From assembly GCA_965662705.1 (NCBI GenBank), contig CBFIIP010000090.1, positions 9,163 through 73,162 on the forward strand: a stretch of DNA of 64,000 nt, in the 5' to 3' direction. Numbering within the stretch: position 1 is the stretch's first letter; every line of letters starts with the position of its first letter. Below, piece after piece: positions 24,263 to 33,554 of this stretch. The notes under the pieces are model-generated. The model was not told the origin of the DNA, did no database searches, and saw nothing but the letters and a program-made list of their open reading frames with translations. Source of the DNA: Flavobacteriaceae bacterium. GTDB lineage: Bacteria > Bacteroidota > Bacteroidia > Flavobacteriales > Flavobacteriaceae. The position numbers were made by a program, and so were the translations under genes.

Positions 24263-25631
24263 TTCTTTTGCTAAGCTTTTTTTCGATGGCCATAATGATT
24301 GTTTTTGCCACATCGATTCCTGTTGCGTTTTCCACACCCTCCAGTCCCGGAGAGGAATTGACTTCCAACAATAAAGGGCCCCTTGAAGATCTAATGATAT
24401 CGACACCGGCAACATCTAGATTTAGAATTTTCGTTGCCTTCAAGGCCATTTTTCTTTCTTCAGAAGTGATTTTTATTTTACTGGCAGTTCCCCCTTGGTG
24501 AATATTGGATCGGAATTCGCCGGGTGAGGCTTGCCGCTGAATGGAGGCCACTACCTTACCATCTACTACAAAACAACGGATGTCTTTTCCATCAGCTTCT
24601 TTTATAAATTCTTGAACTAAAATATTGGCCTGAAGGCTTTTAAAGGCATTGATCACACTTTCTGCGGCTTTATTGGTCTCGGCAGATACGACTCCTTTTC
24701 CCTGTGCACTTTGCAGTAATTTGATGATCAAGGGTGCACCGCCTACCAAATTGATCAAATCTTTTGTGTCTAAGGGAGATTTGGCAAAACCGGTTATTGG
24801 AATATCAATGCCGTGTTTGTTGAACAGTTGAGAAGAAAACAATTTATCTCTCGAATGTGAAATGGCCTCTGCCGAGTTCACACAATAAGAACCAATGGAT
24901 TTAAATTGTCTCAATAGGGCGCAACCATAGAAGGTCATACTGGGCCGTATTCTTGGAATGACGGCATGGATCCCCTCAATTAATTTACCACCTCGGTACC
25001 TGACTTCGGGAGATTGGGTGTCCAATCTCATATAACAATGCTGGAGGTTGTAAAAATTGATTTCGTGGCCTCTTGCTATTGCCGCGTCCAAAAGTCTTTT
25101 ATTGCTGTACAAGGTTCTGTCGGTGGCCAACAGTGCAATTTGATAACCCGATTTTTGGGAGATCAGATGGCTGTAAAAACCTTGTAGCTTTTCATCGGAA
25201 TAGTTACCGTGGCAAAAGTTAAGATCTGGATTAACCAAATATCTTTTTTGAAGTGCCTGTCTTCCAAGTAACATTCGGTATTCCATATTATCCCGCTTGG
25301 AGAGGGTCAACTCTATTTCAAAAAAATCTTTTCCCAACCGAATGGGTACAAGGATCACATAACGTTTTTCAACAATCCCTGAGGAACTTTTAATTTTTCG
25401 GATATCGATTACTTTAGCAGAGCAATCCAAGGTCAGGCTGAGATTATCCTGCAAAGGGTTTACCTCAAACCGGACCCAATTTTCGTTTTGTTGAACAAAA
25501 GGGGTGATGTTGGTGGCTTGAATAGAAGAGGTTTTTGCACCGGAATCTACTCTGGCTTTAATGACAGGAATACCAAGTGCATCAATTTGGCACCATTCCT
25601 CACTTCCGACTATGGTTAAACCTTGATCCAA
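24246..25631 (-). CDS. rimK: fusion of a retropepsin-like 'ATP-dependent zinc protease' (RimB-like) domain with RimK-type ATP-grasp alpha-L-glutamate ligase
   Basis: N-terminal ~135 aa: EEWCQIDALGIPVIKARVDSGAKTSS...YRMLLGRQAL (RimB/Zn_protease-like, DSGA loop). C-terminal ~310 aa: RimK ATP-grasp (GAPLIIKLLQSAQGKGVV, CFVVDGKVVASIQRQASPGEFRSNIHQGG, AGVDIIRSSRGPLLLEVNSSPGLEG). Confidence 0.8.
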   Translation of the reverse strand: MDQGLTIVGSEEWCQIDALGIPVIKARVDSGAKTSSIQATNITPFVQQNENWVRFEVNPLQDNLSLTLDCSAKVIDIRKIKSSSGIVEKRYVILVPIRLGKDFFEIELTLSKRDNMEYRMLLGRQALQKRYLVNPDLNFCHGNYSDEKLQGFYSHLISQKSGYQIALLATDRTLYSNKRLLDAAIARGHEINFYNLQHCYMRLDTQSPEVRYRGGKLIEGIHAVIPRIRPSMTFYGCALLRQFKSIGSYCVNSAEAISHSRDKLFSSQLFNKHGIDIPITGFAKSPLDTKDLINLVGGAPLIIKLLQSAQGKGVVSAETNKAAESVINAFKSLQANILVQEFIKEADGKDIRCFVVDGKVVASIQRQASPGEFRSNIHQGGTASKIKITSEERKMALKATKILNLDVAGVDIIRSSRGPLLLEVNSSPGLEGVENATGIDVAKTIIMAIEKKLSKRNVSNL

Positions 25632-25713
25632 TTTCTGTTTTAATCAAATTTATTTCTATTTTGATTTAAAAATATGGAGCAATCAAAATACAACGTAAAA
25701 TTAACATTTGCAT

Positions 25714-27117
25714 TTATCTAAATGTATAGATTCCGTCATTTCTTCGCTCCATCAAAGGAATTAATTTTTCAGTGAGTTCAGGATTGATCTTTTGAAAATC
25801 TCTTTTTTTAATAATTATAAAATTTGGGGATGCTTGTTTTTGTATATTTTCCAGTGCATCAGCTGTAATGACTTTTATTTTGCCTTTGGAGTAAAACTGA
25901 CTGGAATACGATTTTGAGGATAGGGCATAGAGACGGGAGGTGTCCACATCGGGGAGGAGTATCATCGCTTTGTCTGTGCTAGTGGAGATCAGCTGCTGAA
26001 TGGGTTTAAAAAAGTAGCTTCCAAACAGTAAAACCGGCAGCCCCACAGCAAGGAAGAGCATCGTTTTTTTTCTATTTAAATCCGGCCAATGATGGGTGAT
26101 CAATAGGGCGATGGGAACCATAACGGGCAGGGTATAGGTATGAATTAAGCTCTTGGAGAAAGTAAAGAAAAAAGGTGTCCACAAAATCCACAGCCATAGA
26201 AAACGTTGCCAAGGGTCACTCCAAACTTTTTTAAATCCTTTTCTAAATGAGGCCAACAGCACAAAAGACCAAGGTAATGCGCCTCCCAAGAGAAAGGCCC
26301 AAATGATACCCAAAGGTTGCTGTTTTGGAAATCCGTATTTGTCGCCGGACCATGAAGAATCGATAAATCTCAAAAAGTGTTCTCCTACCACAAAATAGTC
26401 GATAAAACCAGGGGATTTGACCTCCATGAGATAGTACCAAGGGAGCGCAATTGAAAGACAGACGATTAAGCCCAAAACCCAAGGCAGCTTTAAAATTTTT
26501 TCTAAAGAAACTTTCTGCCACAAGCACCAAATAAAAAGTGGAGGAATACTCAATACACCCACTATTGGACCTTTGGCCAATAATCCCAAACCAATTCCTG
26601 TAAAGAAAAGTAAACCGGAGACTCTGGGTTTATTGGAATGGATAAATTCCCAGAAACCCAAAAGGGTGAGTGCTATAGAAAAGGAAAGCATCATATCAGT
26701 AGAAAGTACTCCTGCGTGCAGAAAAAATTCGGGGAGGGTAAAGAGGACGATACCAGGGATGAATACATTTATTTTTTTCTGATGACCGTAGTAGGTGAGC
26801 AGAAGTGCAATCAAAACTGCGATGATCCAATAGGGTAGCCTGAGGGCGAACTCACTGTCACCCAAGAGGCTTGCCGTACCTGCTGAAAGCCAAGTTGACA
26901 AGGGGGGTTTGGCCCAGAAGGGCACCCCATAATCAATTTGTGGAACAATCCAATTGCCGGTTTCTGCCATCAAACGAGCAATCTCACCATAACGGGCTTC
27001 GGTTTTGTCGGTTAAGGGAATCACCGCATTAAAAAACAACCTTACCCCTGCTAATCCCAAAAAAACTAGACCGGAGGGGGTCTTTATATCCCTGCTGATT
27101 TTTTCTTTTAAACTCAA
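25714..27117 (-). CDS. glycosyltransferase family 39 (ArnT/PMT-like polyprenyl-phosphate-sugar-dependent transferase)
   Basis: 467-aa polytopic membrane protein with an ArnT-like N-terminus (TDKTEARYGEIARLMAETGNWIVPQIDYGVPFWAKPPL). Confidence 0.75.
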   Translation of the reverse strand: MSLKEKISRDIKTPSGLVFLGLAGVRLFFNAVIPLTDKTEARYGEIARLMAETGNWIVPQIDYGVPFWAKPPLSTWLSAGTASLLGDSEFALRLPYWIIAVLIALLLTYYGHQKKINVFIPGIVLFTLPEFFLHAGVLSTDMMLSFSIALTLLGFWEFIHSNKPRVSGLLFFTGIGLGLLAKGPIVGVLSIPPLFIWCLWQKVSLEKILKLPWVLGLIVCLSIALPWYYLMEVKSPGFIDYFVVGEHFLRFIDSSWSGDKYGFPKQQPLGIIWAFLLGGALPWSFVLLASFRKGFKKVWSDPWQRFLWLWILWTPFFFTFSKSLIHTYTLPVMVPIALLITHHWPDLNRKKTMLFLAVGLPVLLFGSYFFKPIQQLISTSTDKAMILLPDVDTSRLYALSSKSYSSQFYSKGKIKVITADALENIQKQASPNFIIIKKRDFQKINPELTEKLIPLMERRNDGIYTFR

Positions 27118-27854
27118 CTTTGGTACTTTTTAGAAATTTTAAACAGATCCCACCACAGCTTAAAAAAATAAAGAGGGCTTACCCTGGAATCGGGTGTATC
27201 TACCCATACTTTCAAAGGCACCTCCATCAAGTGATCTTGAATTTGTCTCCTTCCGAAAATACCGATCATTCTGAAGAATATTTCTACATCAAAAAGCCAT
27301 TTGGAAATAAAAGGCCGATCGAAAACTTTTTCTGCAGTATGAATCTCAAAAATTTTACACCCACATTGAGAATCGTAAACGCTAATTTTTAAAGTTTTAG
27401 AAATGGCTGTTGCCACGAGCCTGCCCAAAATAAAACGGTACCATTTTCTTTTGATTTGGTTGTCCAGTTTTAAAATCCTTGATCCGAAGACCATCACTAT
27501 TTTTTCGTTGACACAGTTAGACAATCGAATACACTCTTCCAGTGGGGTGGCTAAGTCGGCATCCAGATAAGCAACTTTTTGAAAGCGTTGTTCTTTTAGA
27601 ACTTTCGTTACTCCTTGTAAAACAGCATTGGCTTTACCTTGGTTTTGGGATAGGCTCAGTATTTCTACCTGTTTGGAAAACTGAATTTTTAGGCTTGTCA
27701 GGACCTGCTTGGTTTTGTCATGAGAGCCATCGTTAACGAAAAAAATGACGACCTTGGGGTTGAGGGGAAGAAAGCGTTGAAACTGTGAGACAGGCAATCG
27801 ATTGGCTTCGTTGTAGCATGGTATTACTATTGCGAAATCGTATTGCATAGGCAA
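27114..27854 (-). CDS. glycosyltransferase family 2 (polyprenyl-phosphate glycosyltransferase-like)
   Basis: GT-A motifs AIVIPCYNE, FFVNDGSHDKT, YLDADLATP. 4-nt ATGA overlap with the GT39 gene. Confidence 0.8.
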   Translation of the reverse strand: MPMQYDFAIVIPCYNEANRLPVSQFQRFLPLNPKVVIFFVNDGSHDKTKQVLTSLKIQFSKQVEILSLSQNQGKANAVLQGVTKVLKEQRFQKVAYLDADLATPLEECIRLSNCVNEKIVMVFGSRILKLDNQIKRKWYRFILGRLVATAISKTLKISVYDSQCGCKIFEIHTAEKVFDRPFISKWLFDVEIFFRMIGIFGRRQIQDHLMEVPLKVWVDTPDSRVSPLYFFKLWWDLFKISKKYQS

Positions 27855-27905
27855 TAAAGATAAATAGAATTATTAACTATATCTATTAACCTTTTTAAAC
27901 GAAAT

Positions 27906-27936
27906 CAAAAAAAAATGCGAGCCCATCGGCTCGCAT
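27906..27936 (-). terminator. strong rho-independent terminator (minus strand)
   Basis: On the minus strand, TGCGAGCC-GATG-GGCTCGCA (8-bp perfect stem) is followed by U9 (the A9 run at 27907..27915 on the plus strand). Confidence 0.85.
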
Positions 27937-27958
27937 TTGCTTTATAGATAAGGATGAT

Positions 27959-28021
27959 TCAGAACAAAATACTGTTGGGTATCTGCCGTCCTAAATTCCT
28001 TAAATTACATTCGTAAGACAT
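27959..28021 (-). CDS. candidate 20-codon micro-ORF preceded by a perfect Shine-Dalgarno sequence
   Basis: The minus strand reads AAGGAGGTG-TCAA-ATG TCT TAC GAA TGT ... TTC TGA (MSYECNLRNLGRQIPNSILF). It lies between the antiporter stop and the terminator at 27906..27936. Not in the ORF track (too short). Coding status unproven. Confidence 0.25.
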   Translation of the reverse strand: MSYECNLRNLGRQIPNSILF

Positions 28022-28114
28022 TTGACACCTCCTTTCTACATTAGTTAAACACAGCTGTTGTCACAGCATTAACAACTCAATTACAAAGATAAAAAGAGAA
28101 AAAAACTTTGCCGT

Positions 28115-29383
28115 TTATTTTACGATTTTTTTCAAGGTCAACCCCTGCCCCAAAATCGTGAACAACACGATGACGTAGGTCAGGAAAAGGATGAGCGCCT
28201 TTCCTTCGCCAATGGAATCGGGTAAGTTGAGTGCCAAAGCAACACTCAATCCCCCGCGTAGTCCTCCCCAAGTGATGATTAAAGCGGTTCTCTTTTCAAA
28301 CTTTTTGAACAGCGATAAAAAGGCAATGGGAATGCTCACTCCAATCCAACGCGAAACGACGACCAATACAATCACCAGTAGGGAAATAAAAACAAATGGG
28401 GTTTGGAAGGATTCAAAAATCATGATGATTTCTAATCCAATAAGGATAAAAAGTACAGCATTTAAAGTTTCATCCAAAAGGTGCCAAAACTTATATACGT
28501 AGTCGCCCATGGCTTTTTGAACTCCCTCTTGATTTTGATCAACATCTAAGTTTTGATTTAAAAACAGCCCCATCATGACCACACCGAGGACAGCGGAAAA
28601 ATGAAAATGATGACAGATGATGGGAAGAAGCAATACCAATGATAGGGTAACCAAAACTTCCAATTCGGTATGTTCGTTTTCGATGTACTTCAAAAGTTTC
28701 AGTCCAAAATAACCCATCACCGAACCCAACGCAATGCCACCAATGACCTCTGTGACAAATAAAGATCCAACCGCAGCAGCGGTGATATTTTCAACACCAT
28801 CTTGTTTGATACCCAAAAGGGTTAAAAACACAACCACACCGATACCATCATTGAATAGTGATTCTCCGGCAATACGGGTTTCAGTAATGGAAGACAAATT
28901 CATTTTTTTGATCATTGCCAAAACAGCTATGGGGTCGGTTGGAGCAATCAAAGCCCCAAATAAAAGACAATCTATATAAGACAAATTCATGCTTACCAAC
29001 CCGAAAACCGGTTGATTGATCAACCAGTAAACTCCGGTTCCCACAGCAAATGTTGAAAAGAGAACACCAAAACTCGCCAAAAGGAGAATCGTTACTTTGT
29101 CCTTAAGGAGTTCATGAACATTAACACTCATTGCACCCGCAAACAGAAGAAAGGGAAGCATTACATTGACCAAAAGTTCGCTGAAATCAAACTCCCTCGT
29201 TATCTGGGTAACTGTCTCAAATACTTGAGGAAAAATAACACCAATAACTGTTACTAAAAAAGATAAACATAGTGCCAATATCATCAAACCTATGGTAAGG
29301 GGAAGTTTTAAAAGCCTGATATTGATCAGTGTAAAAAAAGATGCTAAGCTTAATAATATAGTAGATAGTTCAAGTACTCCCAT
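28115..29383 (-). CDS. Na+/H+ (cation:proton) antiporter, CPA1/NhaP-type
   Basis: 422-aa polytopic protein with CPA1-like segments (FGALIAPTDPIAVLAM, ESLFNDGIGVVVF, WGGLRGGLSVALAL). Confidence 0.8.
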   Translation of the reverse strand: MGVLELSTILLSLASFFTLINIRLLKLPLTIGLMILALCLSFLVTVIGVIFPQVFETVTQITREFDFSELLVNVMLPFLLFAGAMSVNVHELLKDKVTILLLASFGVLFSTFAVGTGVYWLINQPVFGLVSMNLSYIDCLLFGALIAPTDPIAVLAMIKKMNLSSITETRIAGESLFNDGIGVVVFLTLLGIKQDGVENITAAAVGSLFVTEVIGGIALGSVMGYFGLKLLKYIENEHTELEVLVTLSLVLLLPIICHHFHFSAVLGVVMMGLFLNQNLDVDQNQEGVQKAMGDYVYKFWHLLDETLNAVLFILIGLEIIMIFESFQTPFVFISLLVIVLVVVSRWIGVSIPIAFLSLFKKFEKRTALIITWGGLRGGLSVALALNLPDSIGEGKALILFLTYVIVLFTILGQGLTLKKIVK

Positions 29384-29416
29384 GTTTAAATTTTTTTAAA
29401 TATAATGGATTTATAT

Positions 29417-30007
29417 TTAAAACTGCAAGCGGTGTAATTTAGAAATATATTTCCCAATCATGTCAAATTCTAAGTTGACCGCATCCCCTTTTTGGATGAG
29501 ATGGAAGTTGGTATGTTCATAGGTGTAGGGAATGATTGCTACGGAGAACTGATGCAATCCGGAATTGATCACTGTGAGGCTGACACCATTCACACAGATG
29601 GATCCCTTTTCAATGGTAATGTTGTTTTCGTTTTTCTCGTATTCGAAATCAAAAACCCAACTGCCTTCTTTAAAATCGACCCCCTTGCAAAAACCAATCT
29701 GATCTACATGTCCCTGAACTATATGGCCATCCAAGCGACTGTTCATCATCATGGCCCTTTCTAAATTGATCAAATCATCATTTTTCAGACTCCCGAGGTT
29801 TGTTTTTTCTAACGTTTCTTGAATAGCAGTAACCTTGTATCGGCTGTCCTTTATGTCCACTACGGTGAGGCAAACGCCATTGTGGGCCAAGCTTTGGTCA
29901 ATTTTTAATTCTTTGGTTAAACTACTTTCTAGACTTAGGTGGAGGTTTTCTTGGTCTTTCTCTAAATCAACAACTTTTCCAAAGGCCTCTATGATTCCGG
30001 TAAACAT
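29417..30007 (-). CDS. ribE: riboflavin synthase
   Basis: The MFTGIIE N-terminus and duplicated lumazine-binding halves (SLAHNGVCLTV / SICVNGVSLTV). Confidence 0.9.
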   Translation of the reverse strand: MFTGIIEAFGKVVDLEKDQENLHLSLESSLTKELKIDQSLAHNGVCLTVVDIKDSRYKVTAIQETLEKTNLGSLKNDDLINLERAMMMNSRLDGHIVQGHVDQIGFCKGVDFKEGSWVFDFEYEKNENNITIEKGSICVNGVSLTVINSGLHQFSVAIIPYTYEHTNFHLIQKGDAVNLEFDMIGKYISKLHRLQF

Positions 30008-30021
30008 CGGTTAGATTTATT

Positions 30022-30029
30022 TATTTTTG
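30022..30029 (+). promoter_or_regulatory. candidate -7 promoter box (TATTTTTG)
   Basis: Exact TAnnTTTG match, 29 nt upstream of the pdxA ATG at 30059. Confidence 0.4.
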
Positions 30030-30058
30030 CTGTAAAATTAGCAATAAAAGCGAGACCA

Positions 30059-31105
30059 ATGTTGGGGAAAATTAAGTTGGGGATTTCTATAGGGGATCCA
30101 AATGGTGTTGGCATTGAAATCATTCTAAAGATATTTGAAGACCGGAGGCTCTTTGAGTTTTTTACTCCTTCAGTATTTGGGCCCCTTAAACTTTTAGAAC
30201 AACAAAAAAAGCATTTTCAATTCAATACCGGTTTGTCATTGATTAAAAAAGGGCAGCCCTTGCATAAAGCACAACTCAATGTGTCCAATCTCCCCATGCC
30301 AGAAGAAGTATTGGTTTTTGGAGCAGCTTCAAAAGCGGCTGGTGGAGTCGCCTTTATGTCGTTTCAATCGGCTACAGAGGCACTCAAAAAAGGATCGATA
30401 GATGCTTTGGTTACCGCTCCCATCAACAAAGAAACCATTCAATCCAAGGATTTTAATTTTCCCGGCCATACGGATTATTTGGCCCAGGAATTAGAGGGGA
30501 ATAGCCTGATGTTTATGGTTTCCGATGCATTAAAGGTGGCACTAGTGAGTGATCACATCGCTGTAAAAGAAGTTTCGAGCGTCCTCACCAAGGATCTCTT
30601 GAGGGAAAAAATCCAACAATTGGAAAACTCTTTACAATTGGATTTTATTTGCTCACGACCCAAGATAGCGGTGCTGGGCCTGAACCCGCACACAGGTGAT
30701 CATGGAGTGATCGGAGAGGAAGACGATCAGATCATTCGACCCCTCATTCAAGAATTAACGGAGGCCGGGCATTTGGTTTACGGTCCCTATGCGGCAGACA
30801 GTTTCTTTGGTCATCAAACCCACCTTCAATTCGATGCGATCTTGGCCATGTATCACGATCAAGGACTGATCCCTTTCAAGACTTTGACCTTTGGAGAGGG
30901 GGTCAATTTTACAGCTGGACTTAGTAAAGTCAGGACTTCTCCCGATCATGGTACTGCCTTCGAAATAGCAGGTAAAGGTGTTGCTCAAATCGAATCTTTT
31001 AGAAATGCAATTTTTCTGGCCAGGAAAATTTTCTTGAACAGAAAACAGGAAAATAGCTCCTTAGCTGAAATTAATAGCGAAAAATACCAAAGTGACACCG
31101 ATTAA
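30059..31105 (+). CDS. pdxA: 4-hydroxythreonine-4-phosphate dehydrogenase
   Basis: PdxA motifs GISIGDPNGVGIEI, FPGHTDYLA, NPHTGDHG, SPDHGTAFEIAGKG. Confidence 0.9.
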   Translation: MLGKIKLGISIGDPNGVGIEIILKIFEDRRLFEFFTPSVFGPLKLLEQQKKHFQFNTGLSLIKKGQPLHKAQLNVSNLPMPEEVLVFGAASKAAGGVAFMSFQSATEALKKGSIDALVTAPINKETIQSKDFNFPGHTDYLAQELEGNSLMFMVSDALKVALVSDHIAVKEVSSVLTKDLLREKIQQLENSLQLDFICSRPKIAVLGLNPHTGDHGVIGEEDDQIIRPLIQELTEAGHLVYGPYAADSFFGHQTHLQFDAILAMYHDQGLIPFKTLTFGEGVNFTAGLSKVRTSPDHGTAFEIAGKGVAQIESFRNAIFLARKIFLNRKQENSSLAEINSEKYQSDTD

Positions 31106-31118
31106 AGTGTTTTTTTTA

Positions 31119-31126
31119 TAAATTTG
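31119..31126 (+). promoter_or_regulatory. candidate -7 promoter box (TAAATTTG)
   Basis: Exact TAnnTTTG match, 20 nt upstream of the ATG at 31147 (DUF177-rpmF unit). Confidence 0.4.
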
Positions 31127-31146
31127 CACGCTTAAAAGTTGTAACG

Positions 31147-31668
31147 ATGGAACAGCATTCGGCATTTCTGATACCTTTTATCGGACTGAAAAATGGAATT
31201 CATCGTTTTGACATCAAAGTAGATAATAAGTTCTTTGAAGGTTTTGATTTTTTAGATTTTCAAGAGGCTCAGCTGCAGGTTGATCTGATTTTTGAAAAAA
31301 AGACAACCCTATTGGAATTGAATTTTCACGCCGAAGGCCAAGTGACGGTTCCTTGTGACATTACCACGGAACTTTTTCAATTGGCGGTGGATACCGATTT
31401 CAAATTGGTGGTAAAATTTGGGGCTGAGCAAAACCATGACGATGACGAAATTTTAATTCTTCCCCATGGTTCTCATGAAATCCAAGTGGCACAGTACATT
31501 TACGAAATGATCGTGCTCTCTGTACCTCAAAAAAAAGTACACCCTGGAATTGCGGATGGGACTTTAAAATCCGAGATTTTGGAGAAACTAAAAGATTTGG
31601 AACCACAGCAAAATTCCCCGTCGAAGGATACCGATCCCCGATGGGATAAATTGAAAGAATTATTATAA
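31147..31668 (+). CDS. DUF177 (YceD-like) protein
   Basis: 173-aa acidic protein directly upstream of rpmF, which is the conserved YceD-L32 arrangement. Motifs PCDITTE and HGSHEI. Confidence 0.75.
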   Translation: MEQHSAFLIPFIGLKNGIHRFDIKVDNKFFEGFDFLDFQEAQLQVDLIFEKKTTLLELNFHAEGQVTVPCDITTELFQLAVDTDFKLVVKFGAEQNHDDDEILILPHGSHEIQVAQYIYEMIVLSVPQKKVHPGIADGTLKSEILEKLKDLEPQQNSPSKDTDPRWDKLKELL

Positions 31669-31697
31669 TTAATTAATAAAATTTAAAAGCGACAAAA

Positions 31698-31895
31698 ATG
31701 GCGCATCCTAAAAGAAAAATATCGAAAACCCGAAGGGACAAAAGAAGAACGCATTTCAAAGCTACTACCCCTCAAATTGGAACTTGCGGTACTACCGGAG
31801 AAGCCCATTTGTATCACCGTGCTCACTGGCACGAAGGCAAGCTATACTATAGAGGTAAAGTTTTGATCGACAATAATGAGTCTATAGAGGCTTGA
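31698..31895 (+). CDS. rpmF: 50S ribosomal protein L32
   Basis: [20 protein letters not shown]-terminus characteristic of bL32. Confidence 0.9.
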   Translation: MAHPKRKISKTRRDKRRTHFKATTPQIGTCGTTGEAHLYHRAHWHEGKLYYRGKVLIDNNESIEA

Positions 31896-31918
31896 TCTAA
31901 ACCATCTATTCTACAACC

Positions 31919-31947
31919 GCTCTTCCTTTTTTCGAAGGGCTTTTTTT
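31919..31947 (+). terminator. rho-independent terminator after rpmF
   Basis: GCTCTTC-cttttttc-GAAGGGC (7-bp stem with one G-U pair) followed by T7. Confidence 0.7.
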
Positions 31948-32021
31948 ATGGACAAAGATTTTGTTTGCTCTAAAAAACTACTATCTTCACATATAATATT
32001 GACAGTTCTAAAGGAAGTGAT

Positions 32022-33032
32022 TTGTTGATAAAAGAGACCCATTTAACCCCAAAAAAGGCAGCGATCACTGCGGTAGGTGCATATGTTCCAGAGGACAAGC
32101 TTACCAATGCAGACCTTGAGAAAATGGTAGAAACCAACAATGAATGGATCGTTGCTAGAACTGGGATCAAAGAAAGAAGAATTCTTAAAGATCCAAACAA
32201 AGGTACTTCTTTCATGGCCATTAATGCAGCCAAAGATCTATTAGAAAAAAGAAACATAGACCCTGTTGAAATTGATGCGGTCATCTTAGCTACTATTACA
32301 CCCGACTTTAATGTCGCTGCAACAGCCGCTTATGTCGCATCAGAAATTGGAGCAACCAATGCATTTGCCTATGACCTTCAAGCCGCTTGTTCAGGTTTCC
32401 TCTATGGTATGTCCAATGCTTCCAATATGATTGCCGGCGGTCGCTACAAGAAAGTCCTTCTTATCGGTGCAGACAAAATGTCTTCCATCGTAGATTATAC
32501 CGATAGAACCACCTGTATTATTTTTGGTGACGGTGCAGGTGCTGTATTGTTCGAAGCTAGTGAGTTCGGCCATGGTTGGGAGGATGAATATTTGAGGACC
32601 GATGGTAACGGTAGAGAATACCTTAACATCAAAGCAGGAGGCTCACTCTATCCTACCTCCAATGAAACCGTGGATGCAGGATTACACTACCTGTATCAAG
32701 ACGGTAAAACTGTTTTTAAATATGCTGTATCAGAAATGGCAGATGCTGCAGAAAAAATAATTAAACGAAATAAAATTGACCTCGATTCGATTGCTTATTT
32801 GGTTCCTCATCAAGCGAACAAAAGAATTATAGATGCCATTGCAAAACGGGTCAACTTATCTGATGATAAAGTGATGTCCAATATAGAATATTTTGGAAAT
32901 ACAACAGCAGCCACCTTACCCCTTTTACTCAAAGATTATGAGTCAAAATTAAAGCCTGGGGATCGGTTGATTTTTGCCGCTTTTGGCGGTGGATTCACTT
33001 GGGGGGCAGCCTATTTAACATGGGCCTATTAA
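32022..33032 (+). CDS. fabH: 3-oxoacyl-ACP synthase III
   Basis: Active-site ACSGFLYGM, HQANKRI and GNTTAATLPL motifs. No in-frame ATG near the N-terminus, so a TTG start at 32022 or 32025 is assumed. Confidence 0.9.
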   Translation: MLIKETHLTPKKAAITAVGAYVPEDKLTNADLEKMVETNNEWIVARTGIKERRILKDPNKGTSFMAINAAKDLLEKRNIDPVEIDAVILATITPDFNVAATAAYVASEIGATNAFAYDLQAACSGFLYGMSNASNMIAGGRYKKVLLIGADKMSSIVDYTDRTTCIIFGDGAGAVLFEASEFGHGWEDEYLRTDGNGREYLNIKAGGSLYPTSNETVDAGLHYLYQDGKTVFKYAVSEMADAAEKIIKRNKIDLDSIAYLVPHQANKRIIDAIAKRVNLSDDKVMSNIEYFGNTTAATLPLLLKDYESKLKPGDRLIFAAFGGGFTWGAAYLTWAY

Positions 33033-33051
33033 ATTTTAAATTATTTGAATA

Positions 33052-33543
33052 ATGGAAATAAAGGAAATTCAAAATCTAATCAAATTTGTTGCAAAATCAG
33101 GAGCACATGAGGTGAAACTCGAAACAGATGATTTTAAAATCACCATCAAAACAAATGCTGACACTCCCTTTGTTGATCATCATCCAACGGTTCAAGCAGT
33201 TCCGAGTATGGTGGTACAGACCCCTCCTGTAGCCCAAGTGGTTCCCGAGGTCGAAGCACCATCAAGTTCCTCAAGTGAAGCTTCAGTTGAGGATTCGGAT
33301 AATCGACTGACGATCAAGTCTCCAATGATTGGGACCTTCTACAGAAAACCTTCTCCAGACAAAGAAGTGTTTGTTGAGGTGGGGGATGTAATTAAGGAAG
33401 GCGATGTGTTGTGCGTGGTGGAAGCCATGAAATTGTTCAATGAAATTGAATCTGAAGTGAGTGGTAAGATTGTTAAAATCCTCGTTGATGATTCCTCACC
33501 GGTTGAATTTGATCAACCCTTGTTTATAATCGAACCGGCATAA
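33052..33543 (+). CDS. accB: acetyl-CoA carboxylase biotin carboxyl carrier protein
   Basis: Pro/Ala/Ser linker followed by a biotinyl domain with the [10 protein letters not shown] motif. Confidence 0.9.
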   Translation: MEIKEIQNLIKFVAKSGAHEVKLETDDFKITIKTNADTPFVDHHPTVQAVPSMVVQTPPVAQVVPEVEAPSSSSSEASVEDSDNRLTIKSPMIGTFYRKPSPDKEVFVEVGDVIKEGDVLCVVEAMKLFNEIESEVSGKIVKILVDDSSPVEFDQPLFIIEPA

Positions 33544-33554
33544 TACTTTCTCGA

